A stretch of 63,675 nt of DNA, the filler included, from Octopus bimaculoides (taxonomy: Eukaryota): NCBI RefSeq assembly GCF_001194135.2. It is 5 parts of 5 records of this genome, joined end to end, with 100 filler letters (N's around TTAATTAATTAA, not from the genome) between each part and the next. Parts side by side here need not be neighbours in the genome. Positions count along the whole stretch, not along the records: positions 1 to 23,773 come from NC_068998.1; positions 23,874 to 35,479 come from NC_068984.1; 3 more parts are not named here. The stretch is one strand, 5' to 3'. A program made the position numbers and the translations under genes. This document shows positions 13,201-26,255 of this stretch, one piece after another (the first letter of the stretch is position 1; every line of letters starts with the position of its first letter). The notes below the pieces were generated by a model, which was given only the letters and a program-made list of their open reading frames with translations, was not told where the DNA came from and ran no database searches.

Positions 13201-14536
13201 ATAATCCGTAAGATACAAATGCTAATTGTTTTAGGGACACTAGATGGAAATATTTTAAACCTCAATGCCAGTATATAATCTCACTTGACACCCAAACGTA
13301 ACCGATAAGGATTGGTAAGAGTACAAAGAAAGGAACTTTGAGAGATTATATTAAAACAACAAAAGGAATCGAAACAGGGAAACAAAATCGAGTAACAGAC
13401 GTATTTCTCTGTTAAAACAAAAAAGTTAAGTTATGATATATAAAACGGAAAGAGGAGAAATAAAATGAACTTACCCTTGAAGGTGCAGTCAAATTGTCAT
13501 CTTAGCTAGGAAATCAACTCCTTTTTAGCCATTTACTTATGTAAATATATCGATTTTCTTTCATAAATATTGATATCTATGATGATGAATCTCTTAGCAT
13601 TAGCAGTCCAATTGAAATGACACTCCTTCGCATTGTATAAGTTTCTACTCATAGAAATGTGTTTCAATTGTGTATGCATGAGTGGATATGTATGTGTTTA
13701 TAATGTGTGTTTCATATGTAGTTCTATTTGTAAAAGAAGAAATCGTGGTGACAATTAAACGGAAAGAGAATTGATTAAAAAATGAAAACCAACATATCAA
13801 TAGAAACTCTTATTTTAACATTATGTCTATAGACTTAAATCATTACTAAAAGCTTGTTAAATATACCAACAACTTTTTATGATTTCCAACTTGATAACCC
13901 CATCACTTTTTGTCCTGCCAGAGCCACTAAATGGACATTGGCTAAATGTTTCAAATCTTCGTTATAATCTAAATGATCTAAATATCTATTATTATCTTGC
14001 AGCTCTCTGCTGCCTAAGCAAGATATCATGTGCGCACATCAGTTGACTGTAAATAATAGATTCATCGATCATATAAATATATGTTAACACACTCACGGGA
14101 TATCAAGTTGACTTATCATCTGTCAAATGTTCAAATATGTAGCGCTTTATCAGTGGAAAGTTAATCTCGCTGTTTAATTTAATCCTTATCTCAGTAACGA
14201 AAGATTTTGAGTTTTCACTCGCAATTTTCCCAAGGCATTAAATTCCCAATTGAATGTAATTTAATTCTCTGAAATCCTCAAAGAAATTACTTCATATTCT
14301 CTTTTGCTCAAATATAGGAGTAGAATATTGTTTTATTTCCGTTAAATCCCTCGGATATTGAAATCCTTGGTGTGAAACGAATTCTTTGGATCGGTATTAA
14401 CTCAGGAAGTTAATTACTAACACTGGGCTTTAAGAGAACTGTGACAGGGAATTAGTCAACTAAGCACTCACCAAAAACTATTCAGAGTGTAAACGCCATC
14501 ATGCAATCGTTAACTATAAACAATACGGCAGACATG

Positions 14537-14976
14537 CTAGGTCTGATCAATAAGTATCCGGACTGTTGCCATAGTAACGAAGCTAAAGCATGCTGAGTAA
14601 AGCCGCTTGGCAAAGACTGACCTTGAACTCTGCTCTGCATGCGCACTAAGTTTTAACGTTCTAGCTCATTTCCGCTGTTTACAGCAGTGCTTGGAAGGAA
14701 GGTGAGTAGCGTGTGATCGTCGCATTGACTATAACAGGGTAAGTTGAGCAGAGAGTCTGCATCAAATTTTGCCAAAAGCTTGGCGATACTTGCTCAGAGG
14801 CCTACGCAAAGTTTTCGAACAGTTCTCATCGTTCTCGATACAAGTGAGATAGAACGTAAAAGCTTAGTGCGCATACAGAGCAGAGTTCAGGGTCAATCTG
14901 TGCCAAGTGGATTTACTCTGCGTACTGTAGCTTCGTTATTATGGCAACAGTCCAGATACTTATTGATCAGACCTTG
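14537..14976 (+). mobile_element. Mariner-derived MITE with ~130-bp TIRs
   Basis: Long inverted repeats starting C(T/A)AGGTCTGATCAATAAGTATC; TA at the right end (14977-78), TG at the left; the interior encodes a mariner N-terminus (VEQRVCIKFCQKLGDTCSEAYAK). Confidence 0.85.
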
Positions 14977-15599
14977 TATGGTATCACTTCAGTCAACTTA
15001 TCAATAACTAACTAATCATATTTATAAAGGAGTTGTTGATATTGTTGGTATGATGAAAAACGTTCCTGACATGAGCGTCTCCATTTTTTTTTCTTTTTTT
15101 TTTTGTATATTTAAAATTATATTGTCCAATATGTACTTCAATTTTTAAGACAGTAAGGTATGATTTGAAAAAAATTGGCAGCTATTTCTAACAGGCTGAG
15201 TGGCCACATAGAGACTCTCTTTGACTGGCTCGTTCTAAAGCAGTTAATAATAGAAGCGATGAAGGTAGACTTAGCTGGTGGTTGGTAGTTTAGAATCTGC
15301 GGGAATTAACAAGTAACAAAACAGAATCGCAATAAACAGTTAGCGGTCGACTTCGGCAAAATTTATGCGGTAAAGTTAATGAGTCTGAAAATTTAATAAA
15401 TAAAAAAGAGGACTACGATATTTCAGGGCTGACATTATTTGATAGAAAAATACTTAAGGGTTTGTATAGCCCGAAATGAAAATCAGTATAATACATATTT
15501 ATAATGCCGTCCCACCAAAATACTGCACATCCTCTATCTTACTCCTTTTCGTTATACTAGTGGTTAACATATCTTTTCTCTCAGACCAAAGATGAACTA

Positions 15600-16970
15600 G
15601 AGACAGCAAGTTCCATATGTTCCCGCGAACAAATACGAACTTATCCAAACTCATCAACTTCGCAGTCTCTAAGATTAAGTGGTTGAGTACATCATTTGTT
15701 ATTGTGTTGCTAGCATTGTTTGTGGGTAATCTGAAGATGTAGTTGAGGTAGCTGATAGGAGTTGCAACTGATTTCAGCTCTAGGCTGTACTTGTCACATA
15801 TAACTTTACATATCTGTGTGTGGCTTTATAGATATACACTGAGTATGTAATTAGTACTTCTCTAGGGAGAGAACAGTTTTATGTTATGAATAATGTAGGA
15901 TTGTGACGAATAGATTGAGCAGTTCAGAGGAAGAGGTTACAGTCTATGATAGATCTTATCTTTCGTTTCTATACTGTTATGGTTGTCTTTGTTTGACTGA
16001 TCGAGGAACGCAGGGCAATTAACAATAAATTAGTTTTACATGGTATTAGATGATATACTTTGCGGTATTTTTCGCTTCTCTGAGTTCTAAGTTCAAATTC
16101 CGCCTAAGTCAGCTCTGTGTTTTATCCCTTCGGAATCGATAAAGTACCAGACCAAGGCAGTACATTAGCAGAATGCTGGAGATAGTTTGCAGTATGTTTT
16201 GATTTGGTTCATTGTGAGTTGAAATTAAATCTGCCCGATAACCGAGAAAAATGGATTATCGGGACCCAGTAAAAATAGTGATAGACTTAGGAATTCTTCA
16301 AGAAAGAGCTATTTACTTCAGCTGATTCGTCTTTATTCCAGTACACCAACTGATAGGAGATTATGTAACGTTGCGATTTGTTTTAGTCACCATATCGTTC
16401 ACATGTGAAGTGTTGGATTGATACGCAGGAGGGAGATGAAGGGGTACATATGTTTTGTGGAGTGCTATATGGGATATATATGACAATGTTGTTTAGTATT
16501 GCTTGGCCAGTAGGGTGGCTGTTATTGTTAGACTATTTTAAAGAGATTTCTTTCTAATTGCAGCTGTATGGTTGAGGATAATATATGGCCATGCCTAGTA
16601 GGTCGCTGAGAGAAGTCGTTGTAGTATTATTAGCCATGTTTAAGGAGAGGAGCAGAAACCTTATCTGAGTAGGTTGGTCAAGGGAATGGCAGGACTTAAA
16701 ACATTTGAGAAGTTGAAGATATGATGCCCTAGAAATAGCGAGTACTTTTTTAATGAGTGAATAACAGACTCCGAACAGTGATAAAGTTACAAAATTGTTA
16801 GAATCATGTGAGTGTTGGTAATGCAGTTTATTGTTTGATGTCATCATTCCAGAGATGGTTAGTGAGTAGCATGAGGCTCGAAAAACTGGGTCTTTAAAGC
16901 AACAAATATAAATCATATGTGAGTAATCCGCTACTTTCTTACAATGGAAGAAGTTAATATCATACTGCAA
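15600..16970 (-). mobile_element. Probable heavily decayed non-LTR (L1/Tx1-like) fragments
   Basis: Broken minus-strand frames with only loose resemblance to LINE endonuclease and C-terminal segments; many stops. Confidence 0.25.
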
Positions 16971-17731
16971 TGTGGAAAACCAAGATCGCTAACGTAAAAG
17001 GGGCGACATAATGAAATAAGCTAGTATTTTTTCAATAATATTCTCCATTATTTGATAACTTAATTACAGCAACGATTATATTGAAAAGCACTATGGATAG
17101 TTATCTTGTGCAAATCTGTTAATGTGTGTGTGACTATTGTGCATCATACTCACGCAATTGTCTATAATAGACTTTTGTGTACAGTGTATGATTACAGAAT
17201 AAATTTATGATGAATTCCAGATAGATGCAGGACAGTATATCTTGATGTTGGATGCGATATTTCCAATCGTTCGGTCGACTCAACGCTATCCTATTTCAAC
17301 ATAATAAAATATACTGAACAATCGATTTGCCTGGCAACATTCGATACCCTTTCATCAGCCAATTCTGAACGACAAATCTGTAAATCTGTAAATTTCGTTT
17401 TTAACCCTTGTATTCTTTATCAGTCGACCGAAACACAAGTAGTTCCATTAAACAATCATGTGAAACACAATCAGATTCATTTATGAGCAACATTTACTAA
17501 AAATCGTTTGCTTTCATTTGTGTAGCTCGATATGTCAACATTGTAAACGTTAATTTTTCATATTGTTTTTTATTCCACCAACATGTAGTCAAAATCGACA
17601 ACAATAAAAATACACTTGCCCCCACATATACACACAAACGCGCGTGCGCATAACATTCACCACACACGTACATCTCACACACAACATACTCGCACCACAC
17701 ACACACATGCGCATGCGTTTATATATATATA

Positions 17732-17765
<34 letters not shown>

Positions 17766-19302
17766 CATATATATATACATGCATGCATGCATACATACAT
17801 ACATACATACATACATACATACATACAGATCCACCCATCGACATATTTTTTTAGTACCAATATTCATCCATACAAAAACAGGCAATAAAGTGTTTACACA
17901 TATCCACGCATTTTCATCTGTCACTATCCCCTCCTCCAACCGTGACAAGCCACTTACAGCCAGTGTCCGTTGCTGCAACCAATCCATCTCTAAGACGACA
18001 TAACAAGTTGACTCTGCTCAACAAAAACAACTATAAACTCGCATATCAACATTTCATATCCAACACAAGTCATTAATATTTAAAACAACCACCAGTAAAT
18101 ACTTGTATATTCTTTAATACATTTAAAATGTCTTTCGATGTTCTTATCTGCGTAGATCTCAGCATATCTGGGTACAGTGTTTTGACATAACTCTAGATCC
18201 TGTTCCACGTGTTTAGAGATATCTACACTGCTGTTTCGTTTCCCGAACATTTCACAGTTTCCATCTCTCAATATGGCTATATTTCCATCACTATCTTAAA
18301 TACCCATTACCGCCATAATTAATTGAAGTGAGTATTTTATATATGAAGAAACTTTTATCTTTCCTAATAATAATTGTCCCATGTTGACATTAATACAAAT
18401 GAAGATATTATGTAAAGGCAAAATGTTCGTCTAATTGGTGTAATTATATGCTTTAGGACATTCGACCTTCCACTCGGAAAATATAAATTCAAACAGGTCG
18501 GCTTTCCAGTAAATGGTACTGCAAACAGAAGCAGTGTTCCTTTTGTCACAATAACCATAATTCTATCTATGAATGCAAGTGATCGTTTGAGATATTTTCC
18601 ATCAGTTTTGTTGTTGATAGTTATGCACTATAATGGACATTGCTGACCCTGAATAATTGAGTACAATATATTTCGCTGTGGAAGAGGAGTAACAAGTTTA
18701 AAATCCGCCTGTTGTTTTCAGCATCGACATTATTTTCTAAAAGTTACACTTGGCTGATATTATTGGGGATATGCCTACTAATTGCAGGAATAACCTCAGT
18801 TAATCAAAATGTTCCAATATATTACATACGTAAGACTCAACTGATGATCACTCAGTATTTATATTGATATTGTCGGGTATTCCACTTGTTGACAATTCCC
18901 ACATTTTTCTTTTCAACGTGTTCATCATATCATAAAGTGATTAATTATTTCTAGTTCTGAAAGAGTAAGCCTTGCTTCCATTCAAGTTTAATATATAAGG
19001 ATTTCTACACAATATCAATGTTCCTTTGTCGAAGTAGTGAAATTCCTAACTTTAAAAAGTTTTGTTTTCGAGATGGAGCTCCAACTTAGAGTGATCAATC
19101 AATAAGGCGACAGCTTGATCACTTAATTTATATATATATATATATGAATGCATATATTGTGCATATGGTGTATACATACAGTTTAAAGCACACTTCATTA
19201 TGTGTATATGTATGTTATTTGAATGTATGTTTGTCTTTGAAAAAGTGTGTCTGTGTGAGACATAAATACCAGCAAATGTTTTTATATCTAAAAAAATAGA
19301 AT

Positions 19303-20538
19303 CTACACATTCGACGTACGTAAATCATTTCCACCAAATTCCTCCATCGGGAATGATTGATCATTCTGTGATTGTAACTTTTTTGCAGATTTACCACTTT
19401 TACATTTAGCACCGTCTTTCTCCTCATAACCTCTATCCATATTTTGCTCATTATCATCATTGCTAGAGAAACTACTGTGTATTTTAGTTTTATCCCAGTT
19501 TTTGTGTTCCATGGTTATGCCATCAGTAAGTTTTTCGTTATTACTCGATATTCCATTTCCATAGTTTTCCATGTTACTTAACTCGTTAAGGTGGCTGAAT
19601 TCAGACTTGCTACCATTCTCAGTGTTCTTATTCCATACATTTGCTGGTGAATGTTTTTTCAGAGAAAATGTCTTCATCGGTTTCTTACTATTATTTCTTT
19701 TTGACTCTGAAAACTCTGCTTTTAGTTCACCCATTAATTTCCTCTCTTCTTCGAGTTCCTTCTGTCGGTGTTTCTGCCTCATCTCTGATTTTGTAGCTGA
19801 CTGCATATGTGTGTAATTGAGGACAAAGTGATTAACTATAATGGGCACAGTGAAACCAATCATGAGAAGACCAGTCAAGGCACAGAATGAGCCAACTACA
19901 TAACCCAAGTTAGTAGAAGGCACCATATCACCATACCCGACCGTCGTCATAGTTATCAGCGCCCACCATAGACTCATGGGAATGTTTGAAAATCTATCTT
20001 CTCCTACAAAAAATATAAGAGAGGCAAAAATAATCATACCAACCAAGAGAAATATACACATGAGCATCAGCTCCTCTAAGCTGGCTTTTAAGGTATACAT
20101 CATTACCCACAACCCGGGAATATGTCGTATGAGGCGGAAAATACGCAAGATACGAATTAATCGTAATAGAGTGATATAGAATATGAAGTCGTAGTTGATG
20201 TTCTTTATCAGAATGATTTCAATAAAGTCTGGTAATAGAGCTGCTAAATCGACCATGTTGAGAAAAGTAAAAAAGAATTTACACTTTTTGGGTGCACAGA
20301 ATAGTCGTAAAATAAACTCTAGAGTGAAGAAAATCAAACAAATTACATCCATAAATACAATAGATATGTGTGGCATGTTCGCCTCTGTCTCTGGATCGTC
20401 ACCGTTCGTTGAATTCGACTGTCGGTATCGCCGGCCCAAAATGTCACGATCTCCGCGTGTCTTGAAGAATGGATGCGTTTCCACGATAAAGGTGAGTATG
20501 GAGACGATAACGAAACTTAGAGAAATTATCCCATAGAC
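19303..20538 (-). CDS. Terminal coding exon (411 aa + stop) of a voltage-gated K+ channel alpha subunit, Shaker superfamily, tentatively Shaw/Kv3-like; S1-S6, pore and C-terminal tail; T1 exon lies elsewhere
   Basis: Uninterrupted ORF with S1 (VYGIISLSFVIVSILTFIVETHP), S2 (FFTLE), S3 (NMVD), S4 (LLRLIRILRIFRLIRH), S5, pore WWALITMTTVGYGDMVP (TVGYGD at 19927-19944) and S6. Acceptor tttgttgcag|GTC at 20539/20538 (phase 0); TAG at 19303-19305. The ORF-track start TTG at 20547 is intronic. Subfamily call from motifs (ETHP, RHxxGL, TLKAS) by eye. Confidence 0.95.
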   Translation of the reverse strand, partial: VYGIISLSFVIVSILTFIVETHPFFKTRGDRDILGRRYRQSNSTNGDDPETEANMPHISIVFMDVICLIFFTLEFILRLFCAPKKCKFFFTFLNMVDLAALLPDFIEIILIKNINYDFIFYITLLRLIRILRIFRLIRHIPGLWVMMYTLKASLEELMLMCIFLLVGMIIFASLIFFVGEDRFSNIPMSLWWALITMTTVGYGDMVPSTNLGYVVGSFCALTGLLMIGFTVPIIVNHFVLNYTHMQSATKSEMRQKHRQKELEEERKLMGELKAEFSESKRNNSKKPMKTFSLKKHSPANVWNKNTENGSKSEFSHLNELSNMENYGNGISSNNEKLTDGITMEHKNWDKTKIHSSFSSNDDNEQNMDRGYEEKDGAKCKSGKSAKKLQSQNDQSFPMEEFGGNDLRTSNV

Positions 20539-20772
20539 CTGCAACAAACAAAATTAAATTAGTTAGTCACTTGGATTCTTTAAATAAATGGCTATTGTTA
20601 TCCCTTCGTCGAAAATGGAACAACAACAATAACCTTTTGGAACTCACTTTCAATTGAATAGAGAGAGAAGCGAGATCAATGTAGTTGATGTTTAATTTGA
20701 ATAATTGTTGTAGCTAATGTGAAGAGAGAGGGGGGAGGGGAGAGGTGCAGAGAGAGTGGGAGGGAGGAAGAG

Positions 20773-20773
<1 letters not shown>

Positions 20774-20864
<91 letters not shown>
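20774..20864. repeat. (GA)n microsatellite about 240 bp upstream of the Kv acceptor (pyrimidine-rich on the transcribed strand)
   Basis: Directly visible. Confidence 0.95.
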
Positions 20865-20868
<4 letters not shown>

Positions 20869-21107
20869 AGTGGGATATAGCGCTGGAGGAAAATTTATTG
20901 GTTGAAGGTTTGGAGGAGAAAAAACAAAGACTGAAGAAAAGTGGGAAAGCAAGTGTGACGTATGTGTTTAGAAGAGAGTGGCCAAAAATAAATTGGATTC
21001 ACACAAACAGATGTTGTATCGATAGAAGAGACAAAAAGAAAACACAAATAAGCGTTAGCTACAAGTAGTATGTTTTTAGTGCGTGTTTGTGTGTGTATGA
21101 ATATATA

Positions 21108-21525
21108 CATTCTTTTACTCTTTTACCTGTTCCAGTCATTTGCCTGCGGCCATGTTGGAGCACCAGGACTTATTCTTTGTAAGCCGAGTATTCATTCCAT
21201 AGGTCTCCCTTGCCGAGCTACCAAGGTACGGGGACGTAAACACACCAGCATCAGTTTCAAGTGATGTTGGCGGGGGGATCACACACACACACACACACAC
21301 ACACACGACTGGCTTCTTTCAGTTTTCGTCCACCAAATCCACTCACAAGGCTTTGGTTGGCCCGAGACTATAGTAGAAGACATTTGCCTAAGGTGCTACG
21401 CAGTGGAACTGAACCCGGAACCATGCGGTTGGGAAGCAAGCTTCTTACCACNNNNNNNNNNAAGGTGCTACGCAGTGGAACTGAACCCGGAACCATGCGG
21501 TTGGGAAGCAAGCTTCTTACCACAT
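21108..21525 (-). mobile_element. tRNA-derived SINE family B, near full length, with internal (CA)n
   Basis: Minus-strand tRNA-like head (GTGGTAAGAAGCTTGCTTCCCAACCGCATGGTTCCGGGTTCAGTTCC), body and (AAAAGAGT)n-type tail; an oppositely oriented head lies at about 21625-21780. Confidence 0.85.
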
Positions 21526-21775
21526 AGCAACACATGCATATGTATATGTATATATATATATATATATATATAATGTGTGTGTGTGTGTATATATATATAT
21601 ATGTATGTATGTATGTATATGTGTGACTAAGAAGTACCCTCCTTCGCAACGAAGTAGTTTCCAGTTCAGTCCCATTACGTGGCATCTTGAGCAAGCATCT
21701 TTTACGACATCTCCGGGCTTACTAATGCCCTCTGAGTGAATCTTGTGTAGAAGCCCATCGATTAGACATGCGTCT

Positions 21776-21838
<63 letters not shown>

Positions 21839-22305
21839 TGTGTTTATGTAGTATGTTCGTATGTGCATATGTCACCGCATCCACGAGGTGGCATGAATTT
21901 ATCTTGCATTGCAGATTTATTTCATAAATTGTGTTTCAAATCAGGATGTCTGAAGAAGTGAATGAATGGTAATGTTATTAGCTATGTCGCATGTACTATT
22001 GAATAACTGACATTCGTTTATGGAAATGATCATAATATCCATTTCAGTTCTCTTTTCCTCAATTAAATTATTATTATTATTATTATTCACTCTATAAGGC
22101 TTATAACATACCTACTAGATCATAACTTGGATTCGCGAAATTTCCTGTAATTTTTTTAAAGTATAACCGATCTTCTTTGGTTATTGGAATATTACGCTAG
22201 GCAGGATCCTACATAAAGTCCTGACGAGGTGATCGCCCGGATTATACTTATCCCAATGATCACACCCACACCCACACACGCACACAGACGCGCGCGCGCG
22301 CCACG

Positions 22306-22350
<45 letters not shown>

Positions 22351-22704
22351 NNNNNNNNNNNNNNNNNNNNNNNNNNNNNNNNNNNNNNNNNNNNNNNNNN
22401 NNNNNNNNNNNNNNNNNNNNNNNNNNNNNNNNNNNNNNNNNNNNNNNNNNNNNNNNNNNNNNNNNNNNNNNNNNNNNNNNNNNNNNNNNNNNNNNNNNNN
22501 NNNNNNNNNNNNNNNNNNNNNNNNNNNNNNNNNNNNNNNNNNNNNNNNNNNNNNNNNNNNNNGGGGAGGGGACCAGTCGATTAGATCGACTCCAGTACGC
22601 AACTGGTACTTAATTTATCGACCCCGAAAGGATGAAAGACAAAGTCGACCTCGGCGGAATTTGAATTCAGAACGTAAAGACAGACGAAAGTATAAGAATA
22701 CTAA

Positions 22705-23595
22705 TTGGATCATCCCATAAATAATGCGGTTTTTTAATACTTCTTTTATTTTTCAAAATTAAGAGAAGCAAAGTTCCTTTTTAATCTAAAATATACTCTC
22801 CTTCATTTTCTACAATGCTCTTCCATCTATCTGATATATTTGCAAGGCACCTCTTCCAAAATCCACTTGTCCGTGACGTAAAATACTCCTCTAGTACTGT
22901 TCTGACCTCGTCTACAGAATTCATATTTTTTCCGTCCAAATGATTTTGAAGACTGCGGAATAAATATTCAGATGGGGTAATGTCCGACGAATATGGTGGG
23001 AATCGTTTACCATACAAACTGCTCCAGCCTTTGGAATGTCATCCTCGTTGTATGTGGCCGAGCATTATCCTGATAGAAGAAAACCTTTCGTCTTGAAACC
23101 AAAGATGAGCGTTTGTCTTCTAGCGCTGACTTGAATGGCTGGTTGAATGACCAAATCCAAGCTTCTCTGCTAGTTCTTCAACAGTTATGATGGGAGTTTG
23201 TTCCACCTGGGTTTGCAGGACTTCCTCGTCGAGCTCTACAGATCTTCCAGGACGAGGCTCGTCTTCTAGGCTGTAGTTTCCGGCCCAGAATTTCTGGAAC
23301 CACTGCTGACACTAGTTTATGCTTATTGTCCGATCCCCACTTTCCGTTGCGTTGTTGCCTTTATTCAACTCATAAAGCAAAATATGATGAATATGCTTCT
23401 TTGCCACTTCCATTATAGCTTTGAAAAAATAACTGTTAAAATGGAACTGCACTCTTAAAAGCTTGCACAAAGAATAGGCACAAGGTTAAATTACTATAAG
23501 CTTTTATAGCAAGTTGATGCAGGTAGTTAATCCCTTCCCCCTCCGGCTTTTAGTTCATGCAATTGTAAAAACTGCATTATTTATATATGACGCAA
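22705..23595 (-). mobile_element. Mariner element, internally deleted, both TIRs present
   Basis: TIRs TTGGATCATCCCATAAATAATGCGGTTTT / AAAACTGCATTATTTATATATGACGCAA|TA. Minus strand encodes an N-terminal HTH (MEVAKKHIHHILLYELNKG...WFQKF...LEDEPRPGR), then after a deletion FYQDNARPHT and YSSDITPSEY (YSPDLAPSDY-like) through to ENEGEYILD. Confidence 0.9.
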
Positions 23596-23689
23596 TATAT
23601 ATGTCCGTATACATGTACGTATGACAAGGATGACAAGCTGGTCCTCATCGCTTCTAAGGACGATCACGAGGTGTGAGTGTATGTGTGTA

Positions 23690-23729
<40 letters not shown>

Positions 23730-24804
23730 TGTGTGTGTGTGTGTGCGCGCGCGCGCGCGCGCGTGAATGTATGNNNNNNNNNNNNNNNNNNNNNNNNNNN
23801 NNNNNNNNNNNNNNNNNTTAATTAATTAANNNNNNNNNNNNNNNNNNNNNNNNNNNNNNNNNNNNNNNNNNNNAAAATAAAGGACCGGACGTTGTTCCTC
23901 ATGTCCCGCAAACAAAACCAAAACGGCATAAATGGACATGTGAGGAATACATTTCGATACTATACGCCTATTTCACAGCAGTACTCTACCCAAAAAACGA
24001 AAACGCAACAACACATACATATAAAATATGGATATATAACATACAGAAAATTGCACTACTGGGTACTGCACACATTCTACGCAAAACACTTTCAATACAG
24101 TAAACATAAGAGCACCACAGCAAACCACAGCACATACCCAAGGCGCACAGAGCTGCGCTCCGTAGTGAAGTGAAAGCACGTTATAAAAATAAAACTACTG
24201 AACAATAATAATAATAATAATAATATTTTTTAATCATTTGCTACAGCGAGCATTGAAAGCAAGAGTAATATAAAAATATGACATACTCGACAAGTAAACT
24301 GGCTCATAATATTATATATATCAAGCATAATCATTAAAAAAATTGTAAATAAATAAATTTCAAAAACGCAACGATTACATCATAAAATGTCATTCACAGC
24401 ATTAATATTAATAATGTCTGACTGTGTATGTATCAGTGTGCGGCGACGTGTGTGTGTGTGCGCGAGCGCGAGCATTGGGTGAAATATGTCGACAAGAGTA
24501 TTTGGTGTAATTAGAAGGGCATTAGTAAATAGCGAACCGTAGTAGAAAACTGAAAATTGGAGTTCTGCCAGATAAACTTCCTAGGTGCAGTTAAGAATAC
24601 AGCAGTCCATGTTATATTTATTTGTTTGTTTAATCTGCATTGAAAGTAAGTGGTGAAAAACATCGTTGTTTGTAGGTTTGCTACAGATCACTGGTTTATT
24701 ATAATTCTGACGTTGAAATCAAATTGCACTGTCAGTAACTTAGCAGAGTTATAATATATCAAGAGATTTCATTTGGGAGGCATCAACTATTTTTTCTTTT
24801 TCTT

Positions 24805-25036
24805 ATTTCTTTATTGCCCACAAGGCGGCTAAACAAATAGAGGACAAAACAAGGACAGACAAAGGGATTAAGTCGATTACATCGACCCCAGTAGTCTACT
24901 GGTACTTATTTAATCGACCCCGAAAGGATAAAAGGCAAAGTCGACCTCGGCGGAATTTGAACTCAGAACGTAATGGCAAATGAAATACCGCTAAGCATTT
25001 CGCCCGGCGTGCTAACGTTTCTGCCAGTTCGCCGCC
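24805..25036 (-). mobile_element. tRNA-derived SINE family A, full length
   Basis: Same A/B-box head and body as 4213-4423; nearly identical to 60405-60635. Confidence 0.88.
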
Positions 25037-25534
25037 TTTTTTTCTTTTTCTGTCCCATATTCATAGGGCACACGTTGTATATGTGTGTGTGTGCTCGTGT
25101 GTGTGCGTGCGCGCGGGCATATATATGTGTGTGTATGTATATATATATATATATATGTGTGTGTATGCCTAAATACATATATACATGTAGTTACTAATGT
25201 ACATATACTTACGTTTACTGATATACATATGTATATATTTACATTTGCATGTGTATATGGGTATATATAAAATTATATGTATGTATATATGATACACACG
25301 CACAAACACGCACACATTACACACACACACACATACACACACACACACACAAGCACACAAACATACATATCTTAGCCAGTCAAGTGACAAAATAATCCGG
25401 CGTTAGCATTTTGCTTCGTCATTTTAGAACTCTATTGAATTATCATAGGAACAAATCTCTCTCAGTTTCGTAATCTTTCACATGACATCTTTCGATGTCG
25501 TAAAATTGCATTACACCCGTTATTTCAATTAATG

Positions 25535-25582
<48 letters not shown>

Positions 25583-25588
25583 CAAAAC

Positions 25589-25619
<31 letters not shown>

Positions 25620-25699
25620 CATACATACATACGTATGTAGTATGTATTTATATATTGCCTGTGTTAATTTTGTATCATCGGCTTATCATTCTGGTTCCT

Positions 25700-26255
25700 A
25701 TAATCCGTGATGGCCCAAGACAGTTGGTTCAGGGATACCACTCAGAATTTGTGCTTCCTTAGAGAAAGTACCATTGGTTGCAGCGGTCAGACTTGTAGGA
25801 AGTCATATAGCCACTTACAAAGTTCTCGCAGTTTGTGATAATATGTCATGGTCCACACTATCAGAGATTTTTAAGTCAAAAGATATGATATCGATATCTG
25901 AATGGTAAAGCAACTACCTCAAAATCCAGTCATAGTGCCGTTTGAACTGTGTGAGGCAGCTTCTTACTGGACGGAAGCCATACTATGTACCGTTCTATAA
26001 GTCATTTTCTCCTAGGAACGTTATCAGTTTCTTTCTGACGATTCATTCTATGGCTTTGCTGATCAAAGCGATTGTCTTAGCTCCTTCCCTGCCACCACAT
26101 TTAGTGATAGGTCATATAATGCCTTCTTTTAGCGCGTTAAAAAGTCTGCACTTGCAAGGAAACTCCGGAAAAGTATCTGAAGTGGTTTCGCTAAAGCCTG
26201 CTTAGATGACTTCAGGATGATTAGCTTGATTTCAACAACTGGTCCTGGTGGCTTC
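25700..26255 (-). pseudogene. CR1-type LINE reverse transcriptase remnant
   Basis: Minus strand with stops reads ALAKPLQILFRSFLA...IVRKKLITFLGENDL...YGFRPVRSCLTQ...HYDWIL...DIISFDLK...VDHDI...SGIPEPTVLGP, i.e. decayed QHGFR.GRSC.TQL, D..KAFD.VDH and GVPQGTVLGP motifs. Confidence 0.85.

Noticed and set aside
17330-17362. Minus-strand CTGATGA...GAA hammerhead-like motif
   Set aside because: Stem II cannot pair, GAAA is incomplete and stem I register is off; at most a decayed relic.
21390-21522. Perfect 61-bp direct repeat of a SINE head
   Set aside because: The two copies flank an 11-N gap; most likely unmerged contig overlap.
22221-22245. CTGACGAGG...CC hammerhead-like 5' core
   Set aside because: No GAAA follows the putative stem II.
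23818-23829. TTAATTAATTAA palindrome recurring at 23818, 35524, 45477 and 62158
   Set aside because: Each copy sits in the middle of an N run (44 N + 12 + 44 N = 100 bp at 23774-23873); it is an artificial six-frame-stop scaffolding spacer.
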